Origin: Nitrosococcus oceani ATCC 19707
GTDB taxonomy: Bacteria > Pseudomonadota > Gammaproteobacteria > Nitrosococcales > Nitrosococcaceae
DNA: 32,000 nucleotides
Assembly: GCF_000012805.1 (NCBI RefSeq)
Contig: NC_007484.1
Span: 2,160,001-2,192,000 of the forward strand
Direction: 5' to 3'
The position numbers were made by a program, and so were the translations under genes. Positions 26,656 to 32,000 of this stretch are shown here, one piece after another (position 1 is the first letter of the stretch; every line of letters starts with the position of its first letter). Under the pieces are notes generated by a model. The model worked only from the letters and a program-made list of their open reading frames with translations. It was not told the origin of the DNA and made no database searches.

Positions 26656-27996
26656 ATGTATGTGAGAAAATTACTCTATCTTCAACCTGAGAATTCTCCA
26701 CAGGTTTATCAAGATGCTTTTGAAACAGCAGGGTGGGAAATTCACATAGCCACAGAAATTTCCCACGCGCAACAATTATGCGAGGAACATAAGTTCCGAG
26801 TAGGATTAATGAACTTAACTCCCGGAGCGGAAAAAGATCTAGAACAAAGCATCGATAAATTTATTCCTCCGAGTGGCCATACAGAATGGGTAGCACTGCT
26901 CTCGGCGGAGCAGATGCGAGATGAGGCAATCCGCCACTTAATTACCTCTTATTGCTACGATTACCACACTCTTCCCGTAGATTATCCCCGTCTACTCACT
27001 ACTATGGGCCACGCTTACGGCATGGCAAGCATGGCGTACCAACAAACTAGTCAGAACGCTCAATGGCTAGAAACCAACCAGATGGTTGGAGTGAGTCCCG
27101 CTATGCAGCGGGTTTACCGCAGTATCCGAAAAATTGCTAATGTAGATATGCCCGTATTAATAAACGGAAAAAGCGGGACAGGCAAAGAATTAGCCGCATT
27201 AGCCATCCATGAACGTTCAATGCGCGCTAACGGCCCCTTTGTCGCTGTTAACTGCGGTGCTCTACCCTCTGAATTGATCCAATCTGAACTATTCGGCCAT
27301 GAAAAGGGCGCTTTCACTAATGCCATCAAACAAAAATTAGGGCAAATTGAATTAGCGGCTGGCGGTACAATTTTTTTGGATGAAATTGGTGATTTGCCTT
27401 TCAATCTCCAGGTTAATTTACTCAGATTTCTGCAAGAAGGAACTTTTAAACGGGTAGGCGGTACGCAAGAACTTACCATTGATGCTCGGGTTATAACGGC
27501 CACCCATGTAGACTTAGAGAAAGCCGTCAGTGAAGGCCGTTTTCGGGAAGACCTTTATTATCGGCTAAATGTCTTACATTTGCGTATGCCATCTCTAGCC
27601 GAGCGGGAAAACGATATTGAAGTTTTGGCTAAATATTTCTTTGATAAATTTTCCGATCAAACCACGACTCGCATCAAGGGATTCAGCCAAGAAGCCTTAC
27701 GCAGACTCCATCACCATGCCTGGCCCGGAAATGTGCGGGAGCTAATTAACCGTATTCGACGCGCCATAGTCATGTCTGAGGGCCGCTTGATTACCCCAGT
27801 GGATTTAGGGCTAGAAAGGCGCCTTTCTAGCCGCCGTGTAATCACCCTCGCAGAAGCTCGCGCTCATGCAGAAAAAGAGGCCATTCTCCGTAGTTTACGG
27901 CAGGCTAAAGGCAACGTTTCTCAGACAGCCACCCAGCTAGGCGTCTCTCGCCCTACACTGTACCGCTTAATGGAAAAATACAGCATTTCAACTTGA
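26656..27996 (+). CDS. VpsR-like enhancer-binding-protein-family regulator (atypical receiver, AAA+, Fis-type HTH)
   Basis: AAA+ Walker A GKSGTGKE, Walker B TIFLDEIGDL, and the C-terminal HTH NVSQTATQLGVSRPTLYRLM. The N-terminal domain ends in CYDYHTLPVDYPRLLTTMGHAYGM, like VpsR (C.DF.T.P....LL.TLGH..GM). The sigma-54 contact loop reads GAFTNA rather than GAFTGA. Confidence 0.85.
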   Translation: MYVRKLLYLQPENSPQVYQDAFETAGWEIHIATEISHAQQLCEEHKFRVGLMNLTPGAEKDLEQSIDKFIPPSGHTEWVALLSAEQMRDEAIRHLITSYCYDYHTLPVDYPRLLTTMGHAYGMASMAYQQTSQNAQWLETNQMVGVSPAMQRVYRSIRKIANVDMPVLINGKSGTGKELAALAIHERSMRANGPFVAVNCGALPSELIQSELFGHEKGAFTNAIKQKLGQIELAAGGTIFLDEIGDLPFNLQVNLLRFLQEGTFKRVGGTQELTIDARVITATHVDLEKAVSEGRFREDLYYRLNVLHLRMPSLAERENDIEVLAKYFFDKFSDQTTTRIKGFSQEALRRLHHHAWPGNVRELINRIRRAIVMSEGRLITPVDLGLERRLSSRRVITLAEARAHAEKEAILRSLRQAKGNVSQTATQLGVSRPTLYRLMEKYSIST

Positions 27997-28358
27997 TTTT
28001 TTCTCTACCTAGAAAGGTCCTCTCTTTAATAATACTCCTTCCCAAAAAAACCTACCCCACTCCACAAGCAGCTGCTTCCACTTTATTAGAAAGAGCCTCC
28101 AGCTTCTCAAAGTAGAGACAAATCATCTTTACGTTTTATTCGAAGGGTAGGCTCCTACGAATTCAGCACCCGTCTGTTTATACTCCCGTTTAAACTAGAG
28201 TTATAGCTTAGCTGCGGACCCTGCCTCGACCTAAGCGCAGGGGGTACGAAATAGTTCATAAACGCTGAATTCTACCACACGCTATCAATAATCCCGTTCA
28301 CTCCTCGAAAATGAGCTAGAATGATCCCATTGCTGCTTTTATAAACCACCAAACAATA

Positions 28359-30503
28359 ATGATATCTCTTTTTAAACCAGGCAATAATTGCTGGCGACTT
28401 GAGCAAGCTACTCGAGCGGCTTTTCTCATCGATGGGGCAGCCTATTTTAAGGCCTTCCGCAGCGCTGTCGAACAAGCGGAACATTCCATCCTCATTTTAG
28501 GGTGGGATATTAATAGCCAGCTTCGGTTAGTACGGAACGAGCCGTCCGACTCATTACCCGAGACATTAGCTGATCTTCTTAATACTGTCGTCTCTCGCCG
28601 GCGGAGACTGCAAGCACATGTGCTCTGCTGGGATTTTGCTATGATCTATGCCCTGGAGCGGGAATGGCTACCCATTTATCAGCTGAATTGGCGCACCCAC
28701 CACCGGCTACACTTTGAAATGGATGATCAGCACCCTGTCGGGGCATCTCATCACCAAAAGGTGGTAGTCATCGATGATACCGTGGCCTTTGCTGGTGGCC
28801 TAGACTTGAGCAAATGGCGTTGGGACACGCCAGAGCATCGACCGGATGACGAGCGGCGCATCGATTCGGAGGGTAATCCCTATCCCCCTTTCCATGATGT
28901 CCAGATGGTAGTCGAAGGCCCCGCAGCGGCGGCACTAGGAGATTTGGCACGAGAACGATGGTACCGGGCCACTGGCCGCCGTCTCTCCCCCCCCCCAGCT
29001 TCCTCCACTCATGGGACCCCCTGGCCAAGAAAAGTCGCGCCTAATTTAGAAAATATTTCTATTGCGATTGCCCGTACCGAACCAAAATTTAAGAATTATC
29101 CCGAGATACGAGAAGTAGAACGCCTCTATTTGGACACCATTGCCGCAGCCCAGCGTTTCATTTACATTGAAAATCAATACCTTTCCGCCTGCAAAATCAA
29201 GGAAGCGCTAGCAGCACGCCTTCAAGAACCTAAGGGTCCAGAAGTTATACTGATACTCCCCCTAAAAACTGGTGGCTGGCTAGAGCAAAATACCATGGAT
29301 ATCCTGCGGTGGCGGGTGCTGGAAGCCTTGGTTAATATCGACAAATACGACCGCTTGCGCGTTTATTGCCCTGTTACTTCGGGGATTAATAACCAATGCA
29401 TTATGGTGCATGCTAAGGTATTAATAGTAGATGATATGCTGGTTCGGATCGGCTCGTCTAATCTTAGTAATCGTTCCCTGGGATTGGATACCGAATGCGA
29501 TCTAGCCTTGGAAGCCGGCGATAATTACTCTATCGCTGCAACTATTGCTGAATTTCGCAACCGTCTTCTAGGAGAACACCTCAACGTAGAACCGCAGCAG
29601 GTAGCGCAAGCAACCATCCAGCAAGATTCCTTAATAAAAGCTATAGAGAAACTACGCGGCCCCGGCCGGACTCTAAATGTATTTGAGGCACATACTCCAC
29701 CTAAAGGGCACGACTGGCTGCCAGATGCGAGATTTATTGATCCTGAATGCTCCATTGATCCAGACCAATTTGCTAATCAAATCATCCCTCCCGAACAGCG
29801 CCAACCCGCCAGCCGTCAGCTAATTTTCAGAGCCTTAATGCTCATTATTCCTCTAGCACTTGCCGCTGCCTGGCGGTGGACCCCCCTAGGAGAATGGCTC
29901 GACTTGCAAACAGCCGTTAGTATCATCAAGGAGCTTAAAGAATCGCCAGAAGCGCCCCTGCTACTACTTGGAGTCTATCTACTGGCAAGCCTTATCGCTA
30001 TTCCTCTCACTCTGCTCATCGTCGCTACGGTGCTGATATTCGGTTCCCTAACCGGTTTTGCTTACGCACTCATAAGCGCAACCTTGAGCGCTCTCCTAAC
30101 CTACGGCGTAGGCCGCCTATTCGGGCGCCGTACGGTAAGGCGGCTTGCGGGTAAACGTCTCAACCGGCTGAGCCGCCGTTTAGCTCAGCAAGGTACGCTC
30201 ACTATGCTTGCTGTTCGCCTTATCCCCATAGCTCCTTTCACAGTGGTTAATATGGTTGCGGGCGCTTCTCATATTCGTTTTCGAGATTTTATCATAGGCA
30301 CCGTACTTGGTTTAATACCAGGGATCCTGGGAATAGCCCTTTTTATTGATCGCGTGGTAGCCACGATACGCGATCCAACACCTCTTAGCTTTGCTATCTT
30401 AGGCGTGCTATTGATGCTCCTTGGACTTAGCCTGTTAGGAGTTCGCTGGTGGCTGCGTAAACAAGATGCAACCAACAACGATAAAACCCTGAAGACCTCC
30501 TAA
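28359..30503 (+). CDS. Phospholipase D-family enzyme fused to a C-terminal DedA/VTT (TVP38/TMEM64, SNARE-associated) membrane domain
   Basis: Two HKD motifs are present: HHQKVVVIDDTVAFAGGLDL and HAKVLIVDDMLVRIGSSNLSNRS. The C-terminal roughly 210 aa are polytopic, with LAVRLIPIAPFTVVNMVAGAS.IRFRDF..GT.LG.IPG typical of VTT/DedA domains. Confidence 0.88.
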   Translation: MISLFKPGNNCWRLEQATRAAFLIDGAAYFKAFRSAVEQAEHSILILGWDINSQLRLVRNEPSDSLPETLADLLNTVVSRRRRLQAHVLCWDFAMIYALEREWLPIYQLNWRTHHRLHFEMDDQHPVGASHHQKVVVIDDTVAFAGGLDLSKWRWDTPEHRPDDERRIDSEGNPYPPFHDVQMVVEGPAAAALGDLARERWYRATGRRLSPPPASSTHGTPWPRKVAPNLENISIAIARTEPKFKNYPEIREVERLYLDTIAAAQRFIYIENQYLSACKIKEALAARLQEPKGPEVILILPLKTGGWLEQNTMDILRWRVLEALVNIDKYDRLRVYCPVTSGINNQCIMVHAKVLIVDDMLVRIGSSNLSNRSLGLDTECDLALEAGDNYSIAATIAEFRNRLLGEHLNVEPQQVAQATIQQDSLIKAIEKLRGPGRTLNVFEAHTPPKGHDWLPDARFIDPECSIDPDQFANQIIPPEQRQPASRQLIFRALMLIIPLALAAAWRWTPLGEWLDLQTAVSIIKELKESPEAPLLLLGVYLLASLIAIPLTLLIVATVLIFGSLTGFAYALISATLSALLTYGVGRLFGRRTVRRLAGKRLNRLSRRLAQQGTLTMLAVRLIPIAPFTVVNMVAGASHIRFRDFIIGTVLGLIPGILGIALFIDRVVATIRDPTPLSFAILGVLLMLLGLSLLGVRWWLRKQDATNNDKTLKTS
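28987..28996 (+). repeat. C10 homopolymer inside the PLD-VTT coding sequence
   Basis: Ten consecutive C residues encode part of LSPPPASS, between the two HKD motifs. The tract is currently in frame. Confidence 0.95.
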
Positions 30504-30553
30504 CTACCCCACGTCAACATTATGAATGCCATCTTTCACTTATCCCTAAGTTA

Positions 30554-31834
30554 ATGACGCCCGCTTCTGACACTGCCCCGCTCTGGCGCTATCTTCGTCT
30601 GAATGATTTCACTAGCCCTAGCCCTACAACGAAGGAAACGGTCCGTAAGGGGGTAACAGAACTATGGCATAAACTTATGGGAGATTCTAAATCAGAAGAA
30701 CCTATAAGGGCCCAAGATGAATTAAAGAGTCTATCTGATGAGCTTTACGCCCAGATTGCGCCTGAGCCTGACTGGACAGAACTGGTAACCGCTCTCAACG
30801 AGGCTTTGGAAAAAGGATTAACCACAAGAGTTTCACAAGCCCAAATTGTGGTAGGTGCCCCCTTTAGCGGCATTACTGAAACTTTGGAACACTGGGCTAA
30901 GCACCGGGGAATAAAAATTATTAAGCCACCAAGCCCGGAAACGATTCTGAACCAAGAGCAGCAGTGGCTACAGCGTCTTGAGGAGGAAGGTAGCGCCCGG
31001 CCTTTGGTCATTTCTCATCTGGAGCGCTGCTATCTGCGCCACCATCATGGTTTAAAACTAATCCGCCAATTACTGCAATGGCTTTCAACGCGTCCGGGTT
31101 ACTGTGTCCTTGGCTGTTCCAGTTGGGCCTGGGCCTATTTCAGCAAAGCTCTACAAGCAGAAAAACTTTTTTCCATCCCCTGGACTTTAGGAGCACTCAA
31201 CCAAGAACGCCTTCAGCAGTGGTTTAGTAACCTGAATACATCCCAGCAGCAGGAGACTTTTATTTTTCGCCAACTGGATAACGGCGACTTCGTTATCCCA
31301 CCTTCAAGGGATGACTCCTTTACAAAAAGAACAACCCAGAAAAGGTTTACTAGCGTTAGCGTAGACTCTGATGATACCGCACGCACTGAAGCGTCTACTT
31401 TCCTCACCGATTTGGCAGCCTATAGCCGTGGTAATCCAGGGGTTGCCTGGGCACTCTGGCGACAAAGCTTACAGGGAGTCCCAGAAACAAAAAACGATGA
31501 TCACGATCACGCCTCTGATTTGGATAAGCCGACCCAAAACCATACTATTTGGGTTAAACCTTGGTCCCAGATCCAGCATCTTGCTTTGTCGGAATCAGCA
31601 GATCGAAGCACACTTCAGATTTTACACACGCTGTTGCTTCATGGACCCTTGCCTGCTTCTCTGCTCATAGAATTGCTTCCCCTTTCCGGTTTTGAAATAA
31701 GGCGGATACTCACTTACCTGGAATATCGCAATTTCCTGATATCAGCACGAGGACAGTGGCAGCTTACACCACTCGGTTATCCTGCAGTACGACAGGCGCT
31801 AGAAGAGGAAGGCTATCTACTAGATTCACTATAG
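30554..31834 (+). CDS. Hypothetical protein: P-loop/STAND-like NTPase fold with degenerate motifs plus a C-terminal winged-helix-like domain
   Basis: 426 aa, 50 nt after the PLD-VTT gene. Features are AQIVVGAPFSGIT (Walker A shape without the Lys), RPLVISHLERC (Walker B position without the Asp), GYCVLGCSS, AAYSRGNPGVAWALW (GxP-type motif), and a C-terminal IRRILTYLEYRNFLISARGQWQLTPLG. Confidence 0.7.
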   Translation: MTPASDTAPLWRYLRLNDFTSPSPTTKETVRKGVTELWHKLMGDSKSEEPIRAQDELKSLSDELYAQIAPEPDWTELVTALNEALEKGLTTRVSQAQIVVGAPFSGITETLEHWAKHRGIKIIKPPSPETILNQEQQWLQRLEEEGSARPLVISHLERCYLRHHHGLKLIRQLLQWLSTRPGYCVLGCSSWAWAYFSKALQAEKLFSIPWTLGALNQERLQQWFSNLNTSQQQETFIFRQLDNGDFVIPPSRDDSFTKRTTQKRFTSVSVDSDDTARTEASTFLTDLAAYSRGNPGVAWALWRQSLQGVPETKNDDHDHASDLDKPTQNHTIWVKPWSQIQHLALSESADRSTLQILHTLLLHGPLPASLLIELLPLSGFEIRRILTYLEYRNFLISARGQWQLTPLGYPAVRQALEEEGYLLDSL

Positions 31835-31843
31835 GAAAACGTC

Positions 31844-32000
31844 ATGCCCACAGAGACCATCGCCGATATTTTTCAAGATCCTAGCAAAATTGGACTATTA
31901 CAGGTTTTTCTTATTATTGTCCTTAGCTGGCTACTACTTCGCCTGATTGACTGGTTTATCCCGTGGCTTGCCGAACGGCTAGCGGGAGGTGCACGCTTGT
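31844..32000 (+). CDS. Membrane protein, probably a MscS-family mechanosensitive channel; 3' end lies outside the window
   Basis: The ATG lies 9 nt after the previous stop. The product is MPTETIADIFQDPSKIGLLQVFLIIVLSWLLLRLIDWFIPWLAERLAGGARL. This resembles the N-terminal helix plus LAERLP.R.R pattern I recall in MscS-family proteins. Only 52 codons are visible. Confidence 0.4.
   Translation, partial: MPTETIADIFQDPSKIGLLQVFLIIVLSWLLLRLIDWFIPWLAERLAGGARL

Noticed and set aside
1-32000. CRISPR arrays, rRNA genes, and intact IS elements or prophage structural genes
   Set aside because: No regularly spaced direct repeats, rRNA signatures or intact transposase, integrase or phage gene sets were seen anywhere in the window.

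Overview
About 50% GC bacterial chromosomal DNA, probably a gammaproteobacterium. The gene content and DUF29 gene resemble Nitrosococcus-type genomes, but that is only a guess. The window has two parts. (1) nt 1557-10473 is a decayed accessory region of about 9 kb, lying between an IcmF-like acyl-CoA mutase gene and the 3' end of tRNA-Thr(CGU). It holds an AT-rich stretch with a DUF29 gene bracketed by two attC-like imperfect palindromes. It also holds a diverged, internally deleted second copy of the mutase gene, an orphan secreted and membrane-anchored protein, and two unrelated IS200/IS605-type TnpB relics. The remaining content is a two-CxxCH secreted haem protein, a PepSY protein, frameshifted helicase-like and hsdM relics, and a possible integrase arm-domain relic next to the tRNA. 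(2) nt 10474-32000 is mostly core genes: hppA, a cyclase-family protein, an FtsH paralogue, a double-length YfdX-like lipoprotein, smr, purL, an RDD protein and lptF-lptG. These are followed by a VpsR-like enhancer-binding-type regulator and a tightly packed trio. The trio is a phospholipase D fused to a DedA/VTT membrane domain (carrying a C10 tract), a 426-aa protein that looks like a P-loop/STAND NTPase with degenerate motifs plus a winged helix, and a probable MscS-family channel cut by the window end. I saw no CRISPR array, no rRNA and no intact transposase or integrase. All family assignments come from motif recognition by eye; no searches were run.
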